Source of the DNA: Terriglobales bacterium
GTDB taxonomy: Bacteria > Acidobacteriota > Terriglobia > Terriglobales > Acidobacteriaceae
NCBI GenBank assembly: GCA_038253455.1
Contig: JBBSHD010000001.1
Span: forward strand, 1-28,247
Length of the DNA: 28,247 nt
Reading direction: 5' to 3'
The position numbers and the translations under genes are program-made. Positions 1 to 8,500 of this stretch are shown in pieces (positions within the stretch are counted from its first letter, which is position 1; every line of letters begins with the position of its first letter). The notes under the pieces were generated by a model that saw nothing but the letters and a program-made list of their open reading frames with translations, made no database searches and had not been told where the DNA came from.

Positions 1-761
1 AGGTCGTAGTAATCCACGTCGAGGTAAAGAGACAGCATGTAAATGGCGATGGCGTCGGAGAACGCGGTCTGCAGGTATTCTGACTTGGCCTTTTCGTCCA
101 CCCGCTGCTCCATCTGGCCGGCGCGATCGCCATCCGGCAAAGCGGCTGCGGGCCTGGCGGCGAACGATGCCGGGGCGGCAAAGCCGAATCTTTTCTTGCG
201 GTTTCCGTTATTTTCTTTGCGGGCAGAGTCCCCCGCCAGCGAGCCGTGCGTGGCCAGCTTGCGAAGCTCCTGGGCGTCGGCGCTGGTTTCCCCGCGAATC
301 CCCGCTTCAGCCTGCTGCCACACCAGGTCGGAAAACGTCTGCGGGACTCCCGCCTTCTCCACAAAAGGGTGGGCGACGTTGATGTAGAACTCGAATGCCA
401 CGGAAAATTTATCGTCCATCAGGCGCGTGGAAATGAATACGCACTGGGAATTGCCCACGGTCACGTTGCGATGGCAGGTGGCCCGGTCGCTGAGGCTGAC
501 CTCGTAGCGTTCCGCCACCAGGGTGTGCTCGCCTTCGCTGATGGTCAAGGGAACGAAGTAGTAGGCCTTATGCTCGAGGGCGGCGGCAATCACCGCCGGC
601 ACCGCGCTGACCATGCGCTGCAAATCGGTTTCCGGCAAGGCATTTTCGCCGCGCGAGGCGAACGAAACCCCGTTGGGCGCCTGCCAAACCGGCGCCAGGC
701 GAATCACTTCCGAAGCCGGCTGGGTGCCGGCCAAAACCGGCATTTCATTCTGCAAGGGCAT
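1..761 (-). CDS. Hypothetical protein, 3' end runs off the left edge of the window
   Basis: Manual translation of the minus strand from ATG 761 (alternative ATG 743) is open to position 1: MPLQNEMPVLAGTQPASEVIRLAPVWQAPNG...FEFYINVAHPFVEK...TAFSDAIAIYMLSLYLDVDYYD. It is absent from the ORF track because no stop lies in the window. TAGAAT sits 8 nt upstream of the ATG. Confidence 0.8.
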   Translation of the reverse strand, partial: MPLQNEMPVLAGTQPASEVIRLAPVWQAPNGVSFASRGENALPETDLQRMVSAVPAVIAAALEHKAYYFVPLTISEGEHTLVAERYEVSLSDRATCHRNVTVGNSQCVFISTRLMDDKFSVAFEFYINVAHPFVEKAGVPQTFSDLVWQQAEAGIRGETSADAQELRKLATHGSLAGDSARKENNGNRKKRFGFAAPASFAARPAAALPDGDRAGQMEQRVDEKAKSEYLQTAFSDAIAIYMLSLYLDVDYYD

Positions 762-862
762 GGGCTTCTATTCTAGCGCACTGCGGCTGAGGACTGCGGG
801 GGGCGCGTAGCGGTGAGTATGCGGCTGCACCGGACTGCCAGGGTACGGCGTGGCGGATGAGT

Positions 863-875
863 CCGGAAGTTTGAC
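863..875. repeat. Left target-site duplication CCGGAAGTTTGAC
   Basis: Identical to 2265-2277. Confidence 0.9.
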
Positions 876-909
876 GGGGATAGCTATACCATGGGGAAAC
901 TGCTACACC
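875..909. repeat. Left terminal inverted repeat
   Basis: Inverted copy at 2229-2264. Confidence 0.9.
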
Positions 910-1178
910 TCTTGAGATCGCGAGCTCAAGACTTCAACTCCTCTTATCTAGACCAATCCCTTTTTTTAAACCATGATCCGCGAAGCACGTTTACGCGCAA
1001 GAAGGCCCGCGCGATGAAGATGCTGTACGTTCTTGTAGTAGTAACATTCAGTATCTATAGGTGCGGCGGATGCATAGGCTTTCCGCGTTGATTCATGATG
1101 TTCACGTTTAAGAAATGGAACTACTGTCTAAAGAAGGTAATGGCTTGGCTCGCTAGCCTAAGCGACTCAAATGCAGAA

Positions 1179-2076
1179 ATGAACCGCAAGAGAACAAGGA
1201 TCGTCATCGGTATTTTGGTCACGTTCGTCGGTCTTCCGTTGGCATTCGTCGTAACGGCCATGGTGTGGTTTTCCTATGGATCGTCACTTCGGCTTTGACG
1301 CGCAAATACCTGCTCTACGTACCGAAGACCTATGATCGGTCCAAGCCAACGTCCTTGGTCATCAGCCTGCACCCCGCAGGCACAGGGGCGACGACTGAAA
1401 TGGAAATAAGTGGATGGAACGAGGCGGCGGATGAGCACGGTTTCATCGTCGTCTAGCCGGCTGGAGACGGCTTTCCCAGAGGCTGGCACATGGGACCGCG
1501 CAGCTTGGGAGTGAACATAAGATTCATTTCAGGTTTGATCGACAAGCTGGAAAGCGAGTACAACATCGACCCAAACCGCATCTATGCTGACGGAATGTCG
1601 ATCGGTGGAGGGGCACCTTCGCGTTGTGGTGCAAACTGTCCGATCGAATCGCGGCGGTCGGCGCCGTGGCGGCTGCACAAATGCTGGATTGGGATCAGTG
1701 TGGAGATTCCAGACCTATGCCGACGGTGGCTTTCCATGGAACGGCTGACCGACTCACCCCTTACCTGGGCGGTTCATCGCCGATCGCCCCCGGGACGTTT
1801 CCAAACATCAGGGATTGGACGGCCCGCATGGCGCAACGAAACCAATGTAAGGGCGAACCAAGCGAAACTCGTATCACCGCGAGCGTCGGCCGCCTTGCCT
1901 ATACGAACTGCGCGGAGAATGCTGACGTGATCCTCTATACCGTTGAGGGCGGTGGCCATACCTGGTCAGGCGGCAAACCTCTTCCGAAATGGATAGTTGG
2001 GCGCAGGACCCGCGAGATCAGCGCCACGAGCCTGATGTGGGATTTCTATGGTCAGCATCCGCTTAGACGGAAGTGA
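1179..2076 (+). pseudogene. Disrupted PHB-depolymerase/LpqC-like alpha/beta hydrolase (esterase) with an N-terminal membrane anchor
   Basis: Fragments join into one protein: MNRKRTRIVIGILV (TM), frameshift at ~1275-1290, RKYLLYVP..LVISLHPAG..GWNEAADEHGFIVV, in-frame TAG at 1454-1456 where Y of 'VYP' is expected, IDPNRIYADGMSIGGG (nucleophile Ser), 1-bp frameshift at ~1613, ..FHGTAD (Asp)..GGGHTW (His). Confidence 0.85.
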
Positions 2077-2115
2077 CCTGGGAGGTCGCTGGGGTGTCGC
2101 TATCACGATTCAGAG

Positions 2116-2226
2116 TTAAACATCGTCTTGAAGGGGTAGACCTATTCCAGCCAATACTCCTATTACCACGACAGCTAATCCAAGCGCGAAACCACCGATT
2201 GTTTTCGAACCACTTTCCGCGAGCAT
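2116..2226 (-). CDS. Possible 36-aa hydrophobic peptide or captured gene fragment inside the element
   Basis: Manual translation: MLAESGSKTIGGFALGLAVVVIGVLAGIGLPLQDDV*. One clean TM-like segment; the ATG lies immediately inside the right TIR. Confidence 0.3.
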   Translation of the reverse strand: MLAESGSKTIGGFALGLAVVVIGVLAGIGLPLQDDV

Positions 2227-2228
2227 GG

Positions 2229-2264
2229 GGTGTAGCAGTTTTCCCCATCGTATAGCTATCCCCG
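2229..2264. repeat. Right terminal inverted repeat
   Basis: Inverted copy of 875-909. Confidence 0.9.
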
Positions 2265-2277
2265 CCGGAAGTTTGAC
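2265..2277. repeat. Right target-site duplication CCGGAAGTTTGAC
   Basis: Identical to 863-875. Confidence 0.9.
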
Positions 2278-2301
2278 CCTCCGCAAAGGCTACACTAGAC
2301 T
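2273..2301 (+). promoter_or_regulatory. Putative sigma70 promoter of thrS
   Basis: TTGACC (2273-2278), 17-nt spacer, TAGACT (2296-2301). Confidence 0.7.
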
Positions 2302-2329
2302 CGAACCCTGGATTCCGAAATTTCTCATC

Positions 2330-4312
2330 ATGACTGACAGCGCCGCACCCGCAAAATCAACCTCTGAGCTGATCAACGTCACCCTGCCCGACGGCTCAGT
2401 GAAGCAGCTTCCGCGCGGCACGACCGCGCTCGATGTGGCGCGCGAAATCAGCCCGCGGCTGGCCGACGCCGCCCTGGTCGCCAGCGCCGGCGGCAAGCTG
2501 GTTGACCTGGCGCAACCGCTCGAAAGCGATACCGGCCTGCGCATCCTTACCGCCAAGGACCCCGAAGCGCTCGAAGTTTTTCACCACTCCTCCGCCCACC
2601 TCCTGGCGGCGGCGGTGCTCGAACTTTTTCCCGAAACCAAGCTGGGCCACGGGCCGCCCACCGAGAGCGGCTTCTTCTACGACTTCTACCGTGCTGAACC
2701 TTTTACCCCCGAAGATCTCTTGGCCATTGAAGCCAGGATGCAGGAGCTGGTCGATCACAATCTTCCTTTTTCCCGCGAATACCTTCCCCGCGAAATGGGA
2801 TTGAAGAGTTTCAAGCTGGAAGGCGATTTCATGAAGTGTCATTTCATCGAGCAATTCACCAAGCCCGATGAGATGATCTCGCTCTACCGCACGGGAACGT
2901 TTCAGGATTTCTGCCGCGGGCCGCATATTCCCTCCACCGGAAAGATCAAGGCATTCAAGTTGTTGAGCATCGCCGGGGCCTACTGGCTGGGCGATAAGAA
3001 CAACCAGCAACTGCAGCGCATCTACGGCGCCTCGTTCTATTCCAAAAAAGAGCTGGAAGAATATCTGCACCGGCAGGAAGAGGCCAAAAAACGCGACCAC
3101 CGCGTGCTGGGCAAGCAGCTCGATCTGTTTTCCATACAGGAGCTGGCCGGGCCCGGCCTGATCTTCTGGCACCCCAAGGGCGGAATGGTGCGCAAGATCA
3201 TGGAAGACTGGATGCGCGATGAATACCTCAAGCGCGGCTATTCGCTGGTCTATACCCCGCACGTGGCGCGGGTTGACCTGTGGAAGATGAGCGGCCACGA
3301 AGGCTACTACGCGCAGAACATGTTCGTCCCCATGGAACTGGATGACGCCAGTTATCGCATGAAGCCGATGAACTGCCCGTTCCATATTCTTATCTACAAA
3401 GATTCGATGCGCTCCTACCGCGACCTGCCCATCAGGCTGGGCGAGCTGGGGACGGTGTACCGCTACGAGCTTTCCGGGGTGATGCACGGCCTGCTGCGGG
3501 TCAGGGGATTTACCCAGGACGACGCGCACATCTTCTGCACTCCGCAGCAGGTGGAAGATGAGATCGTGGGATGCACGGAGTTTGCCCTGGCCGTCCTCAA
3601 GACCTTCGGCTTCAGCGAGTATGTGGTCGAGCTTTCCGTCTGGGACCCCGCTGACCGCAAGAACTATATCGGCGCCGAGGAACAGTGGACGATGGCCATC
3701 GCGTCGCTGGAAAGCGCGATGCAGCGCCTGGGGATTCCCTACAAAACCATTCCCGGAGAAGCCGCATTCTACGGCCCAAAGATTGATATCAAACTATTGG
3801 ACGCGATCGGGCGCACCTGGCAGCTATCCACGGTGCAATTCGACTTCACCCTGCCCCAGCGCTTCGAATTGGAATACGTTGCCGAGGACGGCAAGCGCCA
3901 CCAGCCGGTGATGGTGCACCGCGCACTGTACGGCTCGGTGGAGCGTTTCTTCGGCGTACTGATCGAACACTATGCCGGCAACTTCCCGGTATGGCTGGCG
4001 CCGGTGCAGGTGGTAATGGTTCCCATCGCGGAACGGCACGCGGCCTACGCGGAAGAAGTCGCCGCCGGGTTGCGGGCCGCGGGGGTGCGCGTCGATGTCG
4101 ATTCCCGCAACGAGAAGATGAACGCCAAGATCCGCGAGCACACCATGCAGAAAGTCCCATTCCTGCTGGTGGTAGGCGATAAGGAAGCCGAGGCCCGCCA
4201 GGTCAGCGTCAGGACCCGCGGCAAAGGCGATGAGGGAGTCGTGCCGGCCGCGGAATTTGCGGCGCGCATTCAGAAGTTGATTGCGGAGAAAGCGGTGGAG
4301 TTGTCCGCTTAA
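2330..4312 (+). CDS. thrS: Threonine--tRNA ligase
   Basis: TGS domain (VTLPDGS), editing domain (HHSSAHLLAAAV, FCRGPH), KPMNCP, RYELSG..HGLLRVRGFTQDDAH, anticodon domain (WLAPVQV..KIREH..KVPF). The start is placed at ATG 2330, downstream of the promoter. Confidence 0.98.
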   Translation: MTDSAAPAKSTSELINVTLPDGSVKQLPRGTTALDVAREISPRLADAALVASAGGKLVDLAQPLESDTGLRILTAKDPEALEVFHHSSAHLLAAAVLELFPETKLGHGPPTESGFFYDFYRAEPFTPEDLLAIEARMQELVDHNLPFSREYLPREMGLKSFKLEGDFMKCHFIEQFTKPDEMISLYRTGTFQDFCRGPHIPSTGKIKAFKLLSIAGAYWLGDKNNQQLQRIYGASFYSKKELEEYLHRQEEAKKRDHRVLGKQLDLFSIQELAGPGLIFWHPKGGMVRKIMEDWMRDEYLKRGYSLVYTPHVARVDLWKMSGHEGYYAQNMFVPMELDDASYRMKPMNCPFHILIYKDSMRSYRDLPIRLGELGTVYRYELSGVMHGLLRVRGFTQDDAHIFCTPQQVEDEIVGCTEFALAVLKTFGFSEYVVELSVWDPADRKNYIGAEEQWTMAIASLESAMQRLGIPYKTIPGEAAFYGPKIDIKLLDAIGRTWQLSTVQFDFTLPQRFELEYVAEDGKRHQPVMVHRALYGSVERFFGVLIEHYAGNFPVWLAPVQVVMVPIAERHAAYAEEVAAGLRAAGVRVDVDSRNEKMNAKIREHTMQKVPFLLVVGDKEAEARQVSVRTRGKGDEGVVPAAEFAARIQKLIAEKAVELSA

Positions 4313-4354
4313 TTTGATGTCACTTAATTTGAAGTCACTTATTTGTAAGTCATG
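4310..4354. repeat. Three imperfect tandem 15-mers between thrS and the peroxiredoxin gene
   Basis: TAATTTGATGTCACT / TAATTTGAAGTCACT / TATTTGTAAGTCATG. Confidence 0.7.
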
Positions 4355-4365
4355 AGGAACGACCA

Positions 4366-4887
4366 ATGACCAACCTCGCACAACCATTACAGCCGGGCGT
4401 CCCGGCGCCGGATTTCAAGTTGCGTTCTACCCCAGACCAGGAAGTATCGCTTTCAGATTTTCGCGGGCGATCGGGGGTCCTGGCGTTTTATCCCGCTGAC
4501 TGGAGCCCGGTATGCGGCGACCAGATGGCCTTGTATAACGAAATCCTCCCCGAATTCGCCCATCATAAGGCGGAGCTGCTGGGCATCTCGGTGGATGGCG
4601 CCTGGTGCCACGCCGCCTTCAGCCACGATCGCAAGCTGCATTTCCCGCTACTGGCCGACTTCGAGCCCAAGGGCGCGGTGGCGAAACTCTACGGGGTCTA
4701 TCACCCCGGCGGCATCGCCGAGCGGGCGCTCTTCGTCATCGATAAAGATGGCGTCATTCGCTGGACGTATGTCTCGCCCATGGGAGTGAATCCGGGCGCG
4801 GAAGGCATTCTCGAAGCGCTCGAAGGTTTGGATGGCCATCCCGCCGAAGATGGAAAGGCCGCGGAAGCGAAAAAGACAGACGCATGA
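4366..4887 (+). CDS. Peroxiredoxin (AhpC/TSA family, AhpE-like)
   Basis: APDFKL..LSDFRG..FYPADWSPVC (PxxxS/TxxC), LLADFEPKGAVAKLYGV, ERALFVIDKDGVIRW. Confidence 0.9.
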   Translation: MTNLAQPLQPGVPAPDFKLRSTPDQEVSLSDFRGRSGVLAFYPADWSPVCGDQMALYNEILPEFAHHKAELLGISVDGAWCHAAFSHDRKLHFPLLADFEPKGAVAKLYGVYHPGGIAERALFVIDKDGVIRWTYVSPMGVNPGAEGILEALEGLDGHPAEDGKAAEAKKTDA

Positions 4888-5417
4888 CCCCCGCAGCGAA
4901 GGCCAAGGCCGCGCAAACCATCAGCGCCGAGGACCATGCCAGAGGCCCGGCCGGCGCCCCGGTTACGCTCCTTGAATACGGCGACTACGAGTGCCCGCAT
5001 TGCGGCCACGCCCACAGCATCGTGCAGCGCCTGGAAAAACATTTTGCCGGCAAGCTGCGCTTCGTCTTCCGCAACTTCCCGTTATCCAACATGCATCCCC
5101 ACGCCGAGATGGCCGCGGACGCGGCCGAAGCCGCGGGCGCCCAGGGAAAATTCTGGGAGATGCACGACATGCTGTTCGATAACCAGGAAGACCTGAGCGA
5201 AGACGCGATCACTGATTTTGCCGGCGAGCTGGGCCTCAACATGGAAAAGTTTTCCGAAGCCCTGGAATCGCACCAGTACGCAGCCCGGTTAAAAGCCAAC
5301 TTCGCCGGCGGAGTGCGCAACGGCGTCAACGGGATCCCCACATTTTTTATCAACGGCGCCCGCCACGACGGCGGCCTCGAATACGAAGACCTGATGAAGG
5401 CCATCGGTTCTCTCTAG
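4884..5417 (+). CDS. DsbA-like thioredoxin-fold protein
   Basis: DHARGPAGAPVTLLEYGDYECPHC, FVFRNFPL, GKFWEMHDMLF, GVNGIPTFFING. It overlaps the upstream stop (ATGA), suggesting translational coupling. Confidence 0.9.
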   Translation: MTPAAKAKAAQTISAEDHARGPAGAPVTLLEYGDYECPHCGHAHSIVQRLEKHFAGKLRFVFRNFPLSNMHPHAEMAADAAEAAGAQGKFWEMHDMLFDNQEDLSEDAITDFAGELGLNMEKFSEALESHQYAARLKANFAGGVRNGVNGIPTFFINGARHDGGLEYEDLMKAIGSL

Positions 5418-5501
5418 CCGGCGCCCGTCCTATCCGGCGGCTCATAGATGTATCCCGGTTGCGCGGTAATGTAATCCCCGTTAACACCCGATGCGCGCTT
5501 C

Positions 5502-8500
5502 CTAACGCGGAGCAGCCTGCGGCTGACTTCCCTCGGTGATCTCGAAGTATGAGGGCTTTAAGGTAACCGAAGATTCGGGATTGTAATAATCGTAGAGCAG
5601 TGACGGCGCGGTCTGGGCCTGCATGGCAAATCGCGGGCGGAATTTAAAGGTAAGATCCGATCCGCCGGCGCTCGGCCACAGGTAAAGAATGACGCGGTCG
5701 GGCAGCACGTCGTACCGGTACAGCGAGGTGTTTCCCTTGAGCGCAAGTTCAAGGCTTTCGCGATCGACCTCCGCTCCGGGAGGCAATCCCACTTCACCCA
5801 GCATCATTCCATAGCCGCGGTAGCCAAGGCGCTCGGTTCGCACGCGGCATTCAATTTTGTCTCCGGTTGTGGCCCGGGTTGAGGAGTAGCCCACGTCCAG
5901 CTTCAACGTGCTGAGCGAGTGGACCTCGGTTTTTACTACCGGACCCGCATCGTGCGGCCATTCCACATAAGATTCCACCACAAATTGCGCGCTGATCATG
6001 CCTTCGCTGGGCAAAGCAAGGTCGACCTGATTCTCACCGGCTTTTACGAATTGCGAAACATCCACTTCAATAGGCGGAGTCACATCCCGTCCCGGCGGCA
6101 GGTCGATGGCGGCCGCGGCGTTGTGATTGACCACCACGGAAAGCCTGGAGCCGGGGCCGATCGCTCGCGGAGTGACGAGCTTCAACAGCGTTTTGAGGAC
6201 GTGCACCGTGGTCTGGCCGGAAAACCACATGCCATCTTTCGCTTCATTGCGCAGAAGAAAAATCAGGCCTTGCCGAATCAGCTCCTCGTCGGACGCGCTC
6301 TTGGTCCCGGCGGCGGTGAGCGCGCGCAAAACTTCGGCGGTCGATTCCACACGCCCTGCGGCGCCCCAAACGTAGAACGGCGTATTACGTTCGAGTTGCC
6401 AGTAGGCTGCATTGTTTTCATAGTGCACGCTGGCGCGCAACCCATCAACCAGTCTGGCAAAGGTCTTATCGTCGCCGGCCGCTTTGGCCGCCAGGGCATA
6501 GTTTGCGATCACATAGGGCTCGTCGATCAGGCTGGAGTGCGCGGCCAGAAACGCGAGTGCTTTTTGGCGCGCCGGCGGCACAGCGGGCTGTGGCCCTTTG
6601 GGTTCCTCGAGTTCGTCCAAGCCCTGCGCAACGTATGCGGTTTGCATAGTCGCGTTCTTATCGCTTTTGTCGTAATGTCCACGCCATGAGCCGTCTTTTT
6701 CCTGCTGCGCCAACAGCCAATGTTGAGCCTTGAGACTCACATCGGCATCCACGTCGATCAAGCTCCCCGCATGATGCAGGAACTCGAGCGCGTATCTGGT
6801 CAAAGCAGTATCAGGATTTCCCGTTCCCCAGTAGGTAAATCCGCCTGAAAGATCCTGGTAGCGCAGCAGGCGTTCGTATCCTGCCTGCAGATAACGCCGC
6901 GCCTTCAAGGCTATGGGAGGCTTCTTTGCCGACTTCTCATAAATCTCGGTGACCAGCAGGCTGGGATAGGTCGAAGAGATGGTCTGCTCGCCGCATCCAT
7001 TTGGCCTTTCGAGACCAGCCTCAAGGTTTTCGATCACGTGTGCCAGCAGGTTGGGATACACCTTCACCTTTGCGCGAATTGTTCCCGCGATCGTATCTGG
7101 AGGTAATTGCAGGGTCAGGGCGCCTGTCTTCTGCATGACCGTGCTTGCGGTCGCGGAAGCGGGCCTTCCGAAAGGATGAACGTCCACCGGCTTCTGGGCG
7201 GCATCACTGATTTCCGCGTTGGCCGCTCCCACCTGCTGCTTGCCTCCGGTAATCGCGGCCGTAACCCGGTAGCGGAAGATGGCGCGTCCGGCGTCTCCGG
7301 CGGCCACCGTGACCGGCACTTCAGAGGGGCCGATTGATTGAAACCACGTAGCCGGTTTTATCCAGGCTTTGAGGGTCTGCGCACGCTCGAGATAGTTGCG
7401 CAGCACGACGGGATACGCAATCACATCTCCCTGGGTAAGAATTCGGGGCGGGTCGTGCTCGATAAAGAATGGCTGAAACGCACGCAGGTTTTTCTCGGCC
7501 GTACCAAACTCTCCGGTCTTGGTGGACGCGAACGCGGTAAGCTTCCAGTTGGTAATGCTATCCGCCAGCTTGAAGTTGAGCCTGGTCCTTCCGTGACTGT
7601 CGGTAATTACAGCCGGCTCCCAAAGCATGGTCTCGGGAAAATCCTCACGCAGCCGGGGCGTGCTCAGCGCCATTCCCGGCGCCGCACCCTTAGCCATTCC
7701 GGGCGGAAGTCTGGTGAGCGGCAGGGAGTGGAGAGATTCACTCGAAATCGCCGAGCTGGTGGTCTCCAGGAGAGGGGACACCGCCGTAACTTCGACGGTC
7801 TCGGAAGCAGCCCCGATGGAAAGCTGCAGATTGACATCAGTCACCACTTGCCCCTGGACCGGCACGGCAGACAATGTCAAGGACTGAAAGGCGGGGGCGT
7901 TGCACACCAACTTATAAATCCCCGGCTTCAGATTTATCAGTTCAAACCTACCGTCTTCATTGGTTTTGACAGTGGTCGTCGCGCCGCCGCCGTCGCGTAT
8001 GGCTTCGACAGTCGCATCGACGATCACCGCGCCGGTGGGATCAGTCACCGTGCCTGTTATGGCGCCGTCGCCTGCGATCAAATTTATTTTTTTCTGGGGG
8101 ACCGACTTCTGATCATGCGATCCCTGCCCTGAAAGGAGCACCGTATAAGCCGCGACCTGGAAATCGTCATTTGTGTCCTGAGTCTTGTCCATGCCCGCGC
8201 TCATCACCCGGACTTCTTTACGGATGAGCGTTACCGGCTCGGTCACGCGCCTGCCCGTAACCGAAGTTTGCTGGATGGTCACTCGATCGCCGTACTCGGC
8301 TGCCTTCTTGAAAATGATGTAGTAAGCAGTTCCCCACGGATCGCGCAGTTCGCCGAGATCGACTCCCGCTTTGCGCAACATGCTTCGGATTTCTGCTTCG
8401 TTTTCGGGATATCGGCCGACGGAACGCAGATGCGCGGCCAGCACCTGCTCGAAGTGCTGGCGAGTTGTAGCGAAGTAATCCACCTGGGTTTGCCATACGA

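Larger units (their letters stand above)
875..2264. mobile_element. Non-autonomous TIR element (no transposase) carrying a decayed esterase gene
   Basis: Left end CGGGGATAGCTATACCATGGGGAAACTGCTACACC (875-909) matches the reverse complement of the right end (2229-2264, CGGGGATAGCTATACGATGGGGAAAACTGCTACACC) with 1 mismatch and 1 indel. The flanking direct repeat CCGGAAGTTTGA(C) is at 863-874/875 and 2265-2276/2277. Confidence 0.9.

Noticed and set aside
43-810. Plus-strand ORFs 43-387, 167-382, 246-776 and 613-810
   Set aside because: They are shadows of the open minus-strand frame from 761, which reads as a natural protein.
2040-2130. Possible integron attC site after the esterase
   Set aside because: GTTAAAC is present at 2115-2121, but no matching inverse core or paired hairpin was found.
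876-2263. Tn3-family assignment for the TIR element (GGGG ends)
   Set aside because: No 5-bp duplication abuts the GGGG/CCCC ends (TTGAC versus GCCGG), and there is no tnpA or res.
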